From: an uncultured Clostridia bacterium | GTDB lineage: Bacteria > Bacillota > Limnochordia > DTU080 > RSA5 | Length of the DNA: 61,577 nt | Assembly: GCA_964424335.1 (NCBI GenBank) | Contig: CAYRIY010000008.1 | Span: 1 to 61,577 of the forward strand | Direction: 5' to 3' | In this document: positions 52,430-61,571 of the stretch, one piece after another | How positions within the stretch are numbered: position 1 is the first letter of the stretch | Layout of the letters: the number at the start of each line of letters is the position of its first letter | Notes under the pieces: model-generated | The model's input: the letters and a program-made list of their open reading frames with translations, nothing else | Told to the model about the DNA's origin: nothing | Database searches by the model: none | Translations under genes and position numbers: made by a program

Positions 52430-53650
52430 TCAAGTGCGGTAATCTGCGTTGATCTTGACGTACTCGTAAGTCAGGTCGCAAGTCCAGCCCGTCGCCTCTG
52501 CGTCGCCTGCTCCAAGATCGACGGTAATCGTAACGTCCTTTTGTGCGAGGACTTGCTTTGCCAGCTCCTCGTCGAACGGAACGCTCATCCCTTGATCAAA
52601 GACGAGCACATCGCCGAGCTCGACGCGCACATGCTCGAGGACCAAGTCCGCTCCGGAATAACCCGCTGCGCAAAGAATCCGGCCCCAATTTGCGTCCTCG
52701 CCGAAGATTGCCGTCTTTACGAGTTGAGACGTCGTGATCGCCCGGACGGCGAGCCGCGCATCGTCGACGGTTTTTGCTCCCCTGGCGCGCACCTCGATCA
52801 GCTTGGTCGCACCTTCTCCGTCGCGGGCAATCATCTTCGCAAGCGTTATACACACGTAGTCAAGGGCCTGTCTAAACTTTTGCTCCTCCGGCGTGTTCGG
52901 CTCGATACTCACGCCGCTCGCTCCGTTGGCGAGGACGAGAACCATGTCGTTGGTGCTCGTATCTCCGTCAACGGAAATCATGTTGAAACTTTTCGCGACA
53001 GCATCTTTTAGCGCCGCCTCGAGTAGCGGCCGCTCCACGCTCGCATCTGTGGTGATAAATGCAAGCATCGTTGCCATGTTGGGATGGATCATGCCCGATC
53101 CCTTGGCCATCGCGCCCAAAGTAAACCCGTTGCACTTTACGGCCACCTCTTTGGGAACCGTGTCGGTCGTCATGATCCCCAGGGCCGCGTCCGCTCCGCC
53201 ATCAGGGCTCAGCGCCTGCGACGCCCGCTCGATCCCCGGCAAGATCTTGTCGAGGGCAAGCGGCACGCCAATGACTCCGGTCGATGCTACCAAGACCTGC
53301 TCCGGGGCGATGCCCAATACCGAGGCGGTTTGCTCCACCATGGCGACGGCATCGGCCATTCCCCGCGGGCCATTACAGGCGTTGGCATTGCCGCTGTTCG
53401 CGACGATGGCGCGCACCGTCTGATTGAGGTCGACGTGTTTTTTTGTAAGCAAAAGCGGCGCTGCTTTGACGCGATTGGTCGTATATGTACCGGCGCACGT
53501 GCAGTCGCGGTCTGAGACGACCAGGCTGAGGTCCTTTTTTTGTCGCTTCACACCCGTGTGGATGCCTGCGGCCCTAAAGCCCTGCGGCGCCGTTACGCCC
53601 CCGCCAACGACATTGATTTCGACACCGTCCAGCTCAACCGGAACACTCAA
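52430..53650 (-). CDS. argJ: Ornithine acetyltransferase / N-acetylglutamate synthase
   Basis: NSGNANA, STGVIG, IMTTDT, KGSGMIHPNMATML (autocleavage Thr), DGDTSTND, DGEGATK. Confidence 0.97.
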   Translation of the reverse strand: MSVPVELDGVEINVVGGGVTAPQGFRAAGIHTGVKRQKKDLSLVVSDRDCTCAGTYTTNRVKAAPLLLTKKHVDLNQTVRAIVANSGNANACNGPRGMADAVAMVEQTASVLGIAPEQVLVASTGVIGVPLALDKILPGIERASQALSPDGGADAALGIMTTDTVPKEVAVKCNGFTLGAMAKGSGMIHPNMATMLAFITTDASVERPLLEAALKDAVAKSFNMISVDGDTSTNDMVLVLANGASGVSIEPNTPEEQKFRQALDYVCITLAKMIARDGEGATKLIEVRARGAKTVDDARLAVRAITTSQLVKTAIFGEDANWGRILCAAGYSGADLVLEHVRVELGDVLVFDQGMSVPFDEELAKQVLAQKDVTITVDLGAGDAEATGWTCDLTYEYVKINADYRT

Positions 53651-53724
53651 TGGGCTCGACCCTTTCTGGATGTTGCGCCATGTTCGTCATTGCTGTCCAA
53701 TCGGACAAGGCGCGCACTTTCTCG

Positions 53725-53754
53725 ATTATACCGAAGCGATCGCCCGCGGTTCAA
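53725..53754 (-). promoter_or_regulatory. Internal SigA-type promoter upstream of argJ
   Basis: Minus strand TTGAAC-18 nt-TATAAT; the -35 overlaps the argC stop codon. Confidence 0.55.
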
Positions 53755-54788
53755 GGCGTGATTGCAGGCGCCCAAAGCCCGGCCCGCTCGTCGATTCCAA
53801 AGCGAACATTCATATTTTGCACGGCCTGACCCGCGGCTCCTTTAACGAGGTTGTCGATCGCACTCTCAACGAGGAGCCTCCCTGTCCGCTCGTCAACCTT
53901 TGGGGCAACGTCGCAGAAATTGCTGCCCGCCACGAGCTTGGTCTGAGGAAAGCGATCCGAGAGCACTCGCACGAACGCGGAATCCTTGTAAAACGTTCGA
54001 TAGAGCTCGACCATCGCATCCGACTTGATGTCGCTTTTCAATTTGGCATTGGCGTGCGTCAAAATACCCCGGCTCATGGGAATCAAATGCGGCGCAAACG
54101 AGATCGGCGGCGCCGCTTCTCCAGTGAGGAGCGAGATGCCTTGTTCGATCTCAGGGGTGTGTCGATGTCCTGGAATGCCGTACCCTTGTGCATTTTCGAC
54201 GCAATCGGGGAAGTGGTACATCGGCTTTGGCGTCGCCCCGGCGCCCGATACGCCCGACACCGAAGAGATGACGATCGTATCCAGGTCGATGAGCCCTTCT
54301 TTGACAGCGGGTGCAAGCGCGAGGAGCGCCGAAGTGGGGTAACAACCTGGGTTTGCGATGAGATCGGCGCCGGAAATCGCACTTCGAAAAAGCTCGACGA
54401 GTCCGTAGACGGCCTTCTTGGTCAACTCCGGACACTTGTGCACGGACCCGTACCACTCCGGATATGCCTCGGCGTCCCGAAAGCGAAAGTCGGAACCGAT
54501 GTCGATCAAGACTGCTCCACCAGCGAGGATCTCCTCTGCCAGTTCCATGGCGACCCCGTGCGGCGTCGCGGTGAACACGACGTCACATCGAGCGCCAAGC
54601 GCCTTAGCATCGACGGGCTCAAACGTCAGGTCATAAAAGCGATCTAGTGAGGGAAGCGCCTCCCCCACCTTTTGGCCGACCTTGCTCGTCGAGGCGACAT
54701 ATTCAACCTTTGCCTGCGGGTGACCGGCGAGCAGCCTCAAGAGTTCGGCGCCCGAATATCCCGACGTACCGACGATCCCAACCTTCAT
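53751..54788 (-). CDS. argC: N-acetyl-gamma-glutamyl-phosphate reductase
   Basis: GTSGYSGAEL, IANPGCYPT, SGVSGAG, HRHTPEI, DNLVKGAAGQAVQNMN. Confidence 0.97.
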   Translation of the reverse strand: MKVGIVGTSGYSGAELLRLLAGHPQAKVEYVASTSKVGQKVGEALPSLDRFYDLTFEPVDAKALGARCDVVFTATPHGVAMELAEEILAGGAVLIDIGSDFRFRDAEAYPEWYGSVHKCPELTKKAVYGLVELFRSAISGADLIANPGCYPTSALLALAPAVKEGLIDLDTIVISSVSGVSGAGATPKPMYHFPDCVENAQGYGIPGHRHTPEIEQGISLLTGEAAPPISFAPHLIPMSRGILTHANAKLKSDIKSDAMVELYRTFYKDSAFVRVLSDRFPQTKLVAGSNFCDVAPKVDERTGRLLVESAIDNLVKGAAGQAVQNMNVRFGIDERAGLWAPAITP

Positions 54789-54865
54789 GCCGATCTCCTC
54801 CAAAAATCCGTAGGGCATGCGTCCCCACTTGCGACCCTATGATTTTTCGATATGCCCCTGAAACG

Positions 54866-54925
54866 CATGCAGTAATTATACTTAGGGATGTATAAAGATG
54901 CAATATGTTTGTATTAATTTCCGCG
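54866..54925 (-). promoter_or_regulatory. argC promoter overlapped by three ARG boxes at 21-bp period
   Basis: Minus strand TTGCAT(54903-54898)-17 nt-TATAAT(54880-54875). ArgR-like cores TGCAGTAATTATAC (54868), TGTATAAAGATGCA (54889) and TGTATTAATTTCCG (54910) sit in an AT-rich island. Confidence 0.75.
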
Positions 54926-55025
54926 GCGATTTGGGAGCGGACGACTTGTCCACGTTTTTAAAGAAGCGGGAGCCAAACCGTCCGAGAGCGCTCACGGGCA
55001 AGTGACGTGTTTGACGGAAGCCCTT

Positions 55026-56273
55026 TTACGGTCTTTCCGATCGGCGAACTTCAAAGGGGCGGCTGATGTCGACGTGCCCGGCAAGCGTCCCATCGGAATT
55101 GCCGTCCACCTCGATCACGACCCGCTCCACGCCGGGAAACTGGCCAAGCGTGCGCACGACGCCCTCTACCAAGAGCCTTTCACTGCGTCCTCCTCCCCAA
55201 TCCGGCGCATCGACCTCGCTGCTCAAGTCGACATATGCCGTCCCGTCATCCAAGGTGAGCGCGAGCACCTTCGTGCCGGTTGGAGCGATCGGCAGCAGCG
55301 CACTGCTTTCCGGCGGCCCTTGCATGAGGCGCTCCATCGCGTATCTCATCTTATCGACGAGAGGAGCGCCGACGATCTGGGGAGGAAATGCCGCGATCGA
55401 GGCGGAGAGTCCATCACTTGATGGGACCGCCGATTCGAAATAGAGGAAAAACTCCGCTCCCCCTGGTCGAGGCGCGTCGGAAACCCATAGCCGCCCCACA
55501 TCCGGTTCGTTCGTTGCGCCCCCGATGGGAGCCAAGGCGTCGGCATCCGCGCCGCGCGCGTCTTGAAGCAAAAATTGCACCACGCCTTTAAAGATCGCTT
55601 CCGCGATCACACGTTGGTACCCCGGATCTTGCAGGAGCTCTTCTTCACGAGGGTTGGAGAGAAAGCCAACCTCGATCACCACCGCAGGCATGGACGTTCG
55701 TTCGAGCACGTAATACTCTCCGGGGCGAGCCTGACGCGTGTTGGACGGCAAAGCTTTGACGAGTTCACTTTGAATGGCGACTGCGAGCGCTTCGCCGTCT
55801 TGTTTGCCAGGGTAATAAAACGTCTGGGCTCCCGACCACCTAGGAGAGGGGAAACTGTTTGCATGCAGCGAAAGGTAAATGTCCGCTCCGGACTGGTTGG
55901 CTATTTCGACGCGCCTTGCAAGATCCGTCCTCTTTTGGTTGCGGAGCGTTCCGACACCTCCTCCTAAGTCGACATCGCCATCGCGGACCATGGTCGTGTG
56001 GATTGCGACGCGCTGAAACATCGGCGCGAGCTTGGACGCGATGGCCATCACGACATCTTTCTCGAGCGCGCCGCCCTGTCCGACCGCGCCAGGATCGACT
56101 CCGCCGTGACCGGGATCGATCACGATTCGAACGCCGGAGACGGCCTCCGTTGGAGCGAGCGCGTCCCGCGTTCCCGGAAAAGTGGCCCACCACCAGGCCG
56201 CGACAAATACTGGAACGGCGAGCGCAGCCAAAAGTCTCCGCAGATGGATGATGTAGACCCCAGAGAACGCCAA
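55026..56273 (-). CDS. cwlD: CwlD-like N-acetylmuramoyl-L-alanine amidase fused to a C-terminal GerMN domain
   Basis: N-terminal TM; IDPGHGG, LEK, SLHANSFPSPRWSGAQTFY, IEVGFLSN; then GerMN-type LYF, LMQGP, TKVL..TAYVDLS, E.LLV..VVRTL.QF.GVERV...VDG. Confidence 0.82.
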   Translation of the reverse strand: MAFSGVYIIHLRRLLAALAVPVFVAAWWWATFPGTRDALAPTEAVSGVRIVIDPGHGGVDPGAVGQGGALEKDVVMAIASKLAPMFQRVAIHTTMVRDGDVDLGGGVGTLRNQKRTDLARRVEIANQSGADIYLSLHANSFPSPRWSGAQTFYYPGKQDGEALAVAIQSELVKALPSNTRQARPGEYYVLERTSMPAVVIEVGFLSNPREEELLQDPGYQRVIAEAIFKGVVQFLLQDARGADADALAPIGGATNEPDVGRLWVSDAPRPGGAEFFLYFESAVPSSDGLSASIAAFPPQIVGAPLVDKMRYAMERLMQGPPESSALLPIAPTGTKVLALTLDDGTAYVDLSSEVDAPDWGGGRSERLLVEGVVRTLGQFPGVERVVIEVDGNSDGTLAGHVDISRPFEVRRSERP

Positions 56274-56341
56274 GGGGCTCCCCTTTCCAACCCCGAGATT
56301 GGCGTCCGGCCCCGCCGAACGTCATCCAATGCTTATGACGA

Positions 56342-56965
56342 TCAAGCGGAGCCCATACCCCGAGTCGAAGCGACGACCCGGTACCCACTCCCCTTCTCCA
56401 GTTCTTGCACGTTTCCAAAGACGGACTCCATGTGCGCGGCAAGGCTTTTTACCCCTTGCTTGGTCCGCCCGACGCAAACGAGGCTCCCTCCCGGTTCGAG
56501 CCGGTGGACGCTCTCGTTCACCCAGGCGTAGACAGCGGCCTTGCCGGCCCGGTAGGGCGGGTTTGTAAGCACCGTCGCAAATCGCAGATCTTCCGGCAAG
56601 GCCGAGAATCCGTCTCCCTGGTGAACCGTAACATTTGATAAACCGTTGATCTCGGCGTTCTCTTTGGCAAGCTTGACGGCCCGCTCGTTCATCTCTACGA
56701 GGTGGACTTCAAGGTCAGGACGGGCTTTGGCCACGGCCAGACCGATCGGACCGTAACCCGCCCCAAGGTCGAGGAGCCGCCCGCCGGATGGGAGCGGCGC
56801 GCTCTCGATCAATAGCCGCGTCCCAGGGTCGATCCTCGCTCGGGAGAAGACGCCGGCATCCGTCACAAAGGTAAGCTCGTGTCCTAACAGCGTCACGGAG
56901 AAGCGGTGCGGCGCCTCAGGCGAACTGGGGCTCTTGGAAAAGTAGTGCTCACTTGGCACGATCAT
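56342..56965 (-). CDS. Class I SAM methyltransferase (RsmC/YbxB-like)
   Basis: EHYFS, TDAGVFS...IDPGTRLL, LDLGAGYGPIG, TNPPYRAGK. Confidence 0.9.
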   Translation of the reverse strand: MIVPSEHYFSKSPSSPEAPHRFSVTLLGHELTFVTDAGVFSRARIDPGTRLLIESAPLPSGGRLLDLGAGYGPIGLAVAKARPDLEVHLVEMNERAVKLAKENAEINGLSNVTVHQGDGFSALPEDLRFATVLTNPPYRAGKAAVYAWVNESVHRLEPGGSLVCVGRTKQGVKSLAAHMESVFGNVQELEKGSGYRVVASTRGMGSA

Positions 56966-57882
56966 CCGGCTCCTTCTTTTGATGTCCATTCGGGCCTAGA
57001 GTCCGGGCGCCCGCCTTCACCGACCGATTCCGCGTCGAGGAGGCGACAAAGTGCAGCAAGATCCCATGCGTTGTGCCGGAGAACCGGCTCCATCAGGTCC
57101 CAGTCGCCGTCCCTTACGTACTGGAAATAGAGGTCCGGCACTGCGCTTCCCGGCACGTCGTCCTTGCGATCCAAGTCGAGTGCATATCCCCCGACCGTGG
57201 TTAACCTGCAGTCGGGCAAGGTGTGGCCAAACACGCGCCGGCAACTGTGCAGGAGGTCGATGTGAAGGCGAAACTTGAGCGGGCGCACACCGTGCATGTT
57301 TAGGCGCGCCCGCACAAACGGCTCGTCAAAAGCCTTTCCATTGTATGTGACGCACACGCGCCGGTCGGCCAAGGCATGCACGGCCTCGTGGAGGATCGCC
57401 CCTTCCTCCTCGAACGATCGTGCGAAATACTGCTTGATCTCCCATTCGTCTCCAAGATCAAATGCAACGCCAACCAAGAACAGTGGCAACACCCGCCAAA
57501 GCCCCACGGTCTCGATGTCGATGACCGCAAACTCCTCGCGGCCAAAAAGACCCGCGAGTTCGACGTCTTTGGCGCCCGACCGGAGCAACTCGGGCACATT
57601 CCGCGACGCGAGCGCCGCAAACACCCGACCCGCTGAAGGACCAAATCTCGGATGGCGTGCGAGCTCTGCGATGGTCCGGTAACCTTCTTGGATGAGGCTC
57701 TCCCGTACTTTGGGACCGACGCCGCGCACGAGTTCGAGCCTTTCGTCCAAGGGCGTATCCGGTATGAGCCCGAGCGGTCGGCGGCGATAGCGAGGCGTAC
57801 GGTACGTGATGCAATAGCCCGACCCGTAGGCGTTGCCAAATTCCTCGCGGCTCACTTCCCACAAATGTCGATCCCCGTCCAA
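56962..57882 (-). CDS. YprB-like RNase H-fold (DEDD) exonuclease with an HhH motif
   Basis: IDIETVGL, TYNGKAFD, HIDLLH, DDVPG, HNAWDL; LVRGVGP HhH-like motif; no TPR tail. Confidence 0.82.
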   Translation of the reverse strand: MDGDRHLWEVSREEFGNAYGSGYCITYRTPRYRRRPLGLIPDTPLDERLELVRGVGPKVRESLIQEGYRTIAELARHPRFGPSAGRVFAALASRNVPELLRSGAKDVELAGLFGREEFAVIDIETVGLWRVLPLFLVGVAFDLGDEWEIKQYFARSFEEEGAILHEAVHALADRRVCVTYNGKAFDEPFVRARLNMHGVRPLKFRLHIDLLHSCRRVFGHTLPDCRLTTVGGYALDLDRKDDVPGSAVPDLYFQYVRDGDWDLMEPVLRHNAWDLAALCRLLDAESVGEGGRPDSRPEWTSKEGAG

Positions 57883-57895
57883 TGCATGTCACCCA

Positions 57896-58507
57896 CTAAG
57901 CTCTAAAGGGACCGGCGGCCTCCCTCTCCGTGACGACCCAGTCCACCTGTTGATCAAACGGCTCTCGAGGCAAGGTGGGCCGGAGAAGACCGTGATAGAC
58001 GACGCCGATCCGCACGGCATTCGCACGGATCGTTGGAAGGAAGCGGTCATAATATCCACCTCCGTATCCCACACGGTACCCGTCGCGGTCAAAGGCAAGG
58101 CCGGGTACGACAACCCCGTCGAGCTCTTCCGGAGCAAGCCGGAGCGCAGTGGGAGGCGGCGCGGGAATGCCGAATGCGCCCGGTTGGAGCTCACGCAGCG
58201 AAGCGATCGCGACGGGCGTCAAGGACTTGCGCTCCGCATTGATGACTGGAAACGTGACGATGCACGCCTGGGAGAGCAACCCCTCGACTAACGGGGACAA
58301 GTCCACTTCGCCCCTGACTGCAGCGTACACCATGACCGTCCGGGCTCGATTCAGCAGCCCAGATTGAACGATCCTACGGCAAATGTCAGCAGACTTTGCC
58401 CGCCGAACCTCAGGCGACATAGCGTTCCTAAATGCTCGAGCTTGGCCGCGGACTTCATCTTTTGCCTGTCTTGCCTCTCCTGCCTCTCCTGATGCGTTCG
58501 CGTTCAC
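57896..58507 (-). CDS. 5-formyltetrahydrofolate cyclo-ligase
   Basis: VVPGLAFDRDGYRVGYGGGYYDRFL signature, GEVD, FGIPAP. Confidence 0.93.
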   Translation of the reverse strand: MNANASGEAGEARQAKDEVRGQARAFRNAMSPEVRRAKSADICRRIVQSGLLNRARTVMVYAAVRGEVDLSPLVEGLLSQACIVTFPVINAERKSLTPVAIASLRELQPGAFGIPAPPPTALRLAPEELDGVVVPGLAFDRDGYRVGYGGGYYDRFLPTIRANAVRIGVVYHGLLRPTLPREPFDQQVDWVVTEREAAGPFRA

Positions 58508-58640
58508 GATCTGCCCCCCCTTTTGTCACATTCTTAGACAACGAACAAAAGCCCAAAAGCGCGCGCTCCCACGCTCGAAGCGAGCTCCTCGAACGCCAAT
58601 ATTGAGAGGAATGTTGTTTCACTACGTGCCAAGCGGAGTC

Positions 58641-59216
58641 TCATGGAAGTTGGTATCGTGCAGGTGGAAGGGATGATGTGGACGGTAGCTGATAGGCCTC
58701 CGGATGCAAAAAAGGAGCAAGAGCGCACGCCAGGCACTCCTCAAAAAAAGCCTGCCTCGAAAGTATCCCGTTCGTGTAGTAGCCGATGGCTCCACCCATT
58801 TGGTTCACTTCGGGAGAGCCGGTCTCTGCGACCATCAAGTCTCCCAGAACTGCGCCCTCTCGAATCGCCCTTTCGATCTTAGGTGGAAGGCGAAGGCGAG
58901 ACGATGGAGCCGACGAGAGCACGCCGTCGCAACGACGGATCGAGACCCAGTTGTATAGGTAGGCGCCGTCCTCCTCAAAGTCGACGCCGCCTTCCATTCC
59001 GACCGAGAAGGCGCACCCGTCCTCTGCCGATTTCTTCGCTCGAAAGAGCGCCCCCTCCTTTACCTGAGGACCGACGGGCATCGAAGAAATTCGAGGCGGC
59101 ACCTCGATGTGCTTGCCCCGGACGTGAACGTCCGGCCACACTTGCCCAAAGACTCGCTGGACCGCTCGTAGCTTCGCTCGATTTGTCGAGCCGACAACGA
59201 CCTGTACGGGGTAAAT
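58641..59216 (-). CDS. yjjX: Inosine/xanthosine triphosphatase YjjX (DUF84); start anomalous
   Basis: The frame stays open upstream of the ORF-track GTG (59141) and encodes VQVVVGSTNRAKLRAV, then GALFRA, VGMEGGV, GAIGYYTNGILSR. No in-frame ATG/GTG/TTG precedes GSTN; ATT at 59216 lies 9 nt after GGAGG. Confidence 0.82.
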   Translation of the reverse strand: MYPVQVVVGSTNRAKLRAVQRVFGQVWPDVHVRGKHIEVPPRISSMPVGPQVKEGALFRAKKSAEDGCAFSVGMEGGVDFEEDGAYLYNWVSIRRCDGVLSSAPSSRLRLPPKIERAIREGAVLGDLMVAETGSPEVNQMGGAIGYYTNGILSRQAFFEECLACALAPFLHPEAYQLPSTSSLPPARYQLP

Positions 59217-59282
59217 TGCAACTCGCCTCCATATGGGGCGTACCTTGCGGCACGTGGACGCTTTTGCGCAAGGCCCAAGGCC

Positions 59283-61571
59283 TTAAAGCAAGATGGAAAC
59301 CTCATCCCGATCCATTTTGTCGATGCATCGAGTGAGCTTGGCGGCAAGCGCTTCGTCTTGACGCGCCGCTTGGCGGACCTGGCGCAATACGTCGATCGCC
59401 CGTCGAAGGCCGTAGACCAAATCGCCATCATCCGTGCCGGCGACTTCCCGCACGGACTCAAAGGTGGCCCCCTCGCTCCACGCGCGGGCCGCCGTCGCCA
59501 AGTGATCGTTGAACTCCGTGCCCGTAAACCCTAAATACACCTTCTCCAGCTCCTGAATCAGGTGGACCGACCGCCGCACAACGCCTACGTCGAATGCGGA
59601 ATGGCGCGGCCTTTCCTCGCCTTTGCGCGGCTCGTAGTCGATACAGGCCGCAAGGGCGTTCACAGCGTCTTCTTCCCAGTCGTTGAAGGCGCCGCGAAAG
59701 TACAGTTCGGTGACAAGCAGCTCGCTCCCGTTGATCTGAGACGCGAAGATGCCCCGCGAGGTGAGCGCGTCGTCTCGAACGTAATCGAGCGCCTCAAGAA
59801 GCGCCTTCTTTTCGAGAAATTCGCTGATGAATGACTCGGGGGTCGGTAGGCTCCCCAGCGCCTCCTCGATGCGAGCAATTCTTGCCGCTGCCCTCCGATA
59901 GCTTTTTAGGTGGGGACGGAACGCCTCGAGCGCCCGGGCTGACACACCTTCCTGCTCGAGGAGTGCGAGCCTCCTCCTCTTCGATCGCAGCTCCTTGCGC
60001 GCGCTGCCTAAGCCCCGAAAGTCACGCTCGCGCTCCTTGCGCTTGATGCGAGCGACCAAGCGGTCTACGGACCTCGACGTCTCCACATACTCGACCATGA
60101 GATCGGCGAGTCGTTCGGGGATGTGTTGCAACACTTGCGCGCGCTGGCCTTTGAGCTCATCGAGTTCGGCCTGATAGCGCTCTCTGGCCTCGTCGGCCTG
60201 GTAACTCGCGAAGTTCATGCTCAAGATTGACTCGATCGCGGCCATGTCGTAGTTATTGATCAGGTTGAGCACTGAGTTGTACGTGAGGGAAAATCTGCTC
60301 TTTAGCGGCTCGACGTCCTCTTCCCGCATGGAGGGCAAGTCGTCCGGCTTGAAATAGTTGAAGTCGATCTGAGTGTAGACATACCCCTTCTCGTCGATGC
60401 CTCGCCTGCCGGCCCTACCCGCCATTTGAAAATATTCGCGGTTTGAGAGTGAGCGAAACTCGGTGCCGTCCCACTTAGTCATGGCATCGAAACAAACCGT
60501 TCGACATGGAAAGTTGAGCCCGACGGCAAATGTTTCGGTGCAGTAGAGCACGTGGATCAAACGGCGCTCAAACAGATCCTCGACAACGTCCTTTGCCGCC
60601 GGCAAGAGGCCTGCGTGATGGAACGCAATGCCTCGAAGGAGCAGTTGCTCGACCTTCTTGATGCTCGCGGCGCCCGCGCCCTGATACTTCTCGAGCGTTT
60701 GGTCGATCACCCCGCGCACTTCTCTCTTTTCCGCCGGCCCGAGGTAATCCTCGACTTCCGATAGCTCGAGCGCGTTCATCTCGCACTTGCGCCGAGAGAA
60801 GGTAAAAAACAGACAAGGCAAGAGGTCCGGCTGAATGTGTCTTACCAGATCGATGTGGCGCGTCGGCTCAAACTTGGCGCCGACGATGCCCGAATCCGAG
60901 ACGCCAAACCGAGATGCATATCGTCGGTACCGATTCTCCAAAGCCTTCCTTGTGCATTCTCCCATTGAATGCTCAAACAATCGATGTTCGAGGGGTACGG
61001 CCCGCTCCAAATGAGTGATCACCCGAACTTCGCGCCCGTGTATACGTGAGATCCACCGAGCGAGTTCATCGACGTTTGGAATCGTCGCCGATAGCCCGAG
61101 GAAGCGCATGCGGGACGGCATGAAGATGAGGCTCTCCTCCCAAACGCTGCCGCGCACGGGATCGTCGATGTAATGAATCTCGTCGAAGATCACGTACCGC
61201 ACAAAGGACAAGCGGTCCGGGTCCGTGTGGATCAGGTTGCGAAAGATCTCGGTCGTCATGATCAATACGGTGCCCTCGGGATTGCGCACGACGTCTCCCG
61301 TCAAGATGCCTACGTGCTCTTCCCCGAAGAGCGCCTTGAACTCTTTGAATTTCTGATTGCTGAGCGCCTTGATCGGCGCCGTGTAGACGACCTGTTCGCC
61401 GGCGCGAAAAGCCATGTCGACCAAAAAATCCGCGATCAAGGTCTTTCCTGTCCCCGTCGGGGCCGAGACGAGCACCGAATCCCCGGCAAGGAGACCATTG
61501 ATCGATTCTCGCTGAAAGTCGTCGAGTACGTAACCGCGATAGGTGGATCGTGTGTCCTGTTGCAACGCCAT
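59283..61571 (-). CDS. Ski2-like (HelY-type) DEAD/DEAH-box RNA helicase
   Basis: APTGTGKT, YTAPIKALSNQKF, MTTEIFRN, DEIH, LSAT, HHAGLLP, QMAGRAGRRGID, coiled-coil insert, DSHCT-like DGDLVYGLRRAIDVLRQ. Confidence 0.93.
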   Translation of the reverse strand: MALQQDTRSTYRGYVLDDFQRESINGLLAGDSVLVSAPTGTGKTLIADFLVDMAFRAGEQVVYTAPIKALSNQKFKEFKALFGEEHVGILTGDVVRNPEGTVLIMTTEIFRNLIHTDPDRLSFVRYVIFDEIHYIDDPVRGSVWEESLIFMPSRMRFLGLSATIPNVDELARWISRIHGREVRVITHLERAVPLEHRLFEHSMGECTRKALENRYRRYASRFGVSDSGIVGAKFEPTRHIDLVRHIQPDLLPCLFFTFSRRKCEMNALELSEVEDYLGPAEKREVRGVIDQTLEKYQGAGAASIKKVEQLLLRGIAFHHAGLLPAAKDVVEDLFERRLIHVLYCTETFAVGLNFPCRTVCFDAMTKWDGTEFRSLSNREYFQMAGRAGRRGIDEKGYVYTQIDFNYFKPDDLPSMREEDVEPLKSRFSLTYNSVLNLINNYDMAAIESILSMNFASYQADEARERYQAELDELKGQRAQVLQHIPERLADLMVEYVETSRSVDRLVARIKRKERERDFRGLGSARKELRSKRRRLALLEQEGVSARALEAFRPHLKSYRRAAARIARIEEALGSLPTPESFISEFLEKKALLEALDYVRDDALTSRGIFASQINGSELLVTELYFRGAFNDWEEDAVNALAACIDYEPRKGEERPRHSAFDVGVVRRSVHLIQELEKVYLGFTGTEFNDHLATAARAWSEGATFESVREVAGTDDGDLVYGLRRAIDVLRQVRQAARQDEALAAKLTRCIDKMDRDEVSILL

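Noticed and set aside
58508-58640. Possible 6S RNA upstream of the 5-formyl-THF cyclo-ligase (ssrS-ygfA synteny)
   Set aside because: The gap is only about 130 nt and has no long closing stem with a central bubble, just a short hairpin and T-rich stretch.
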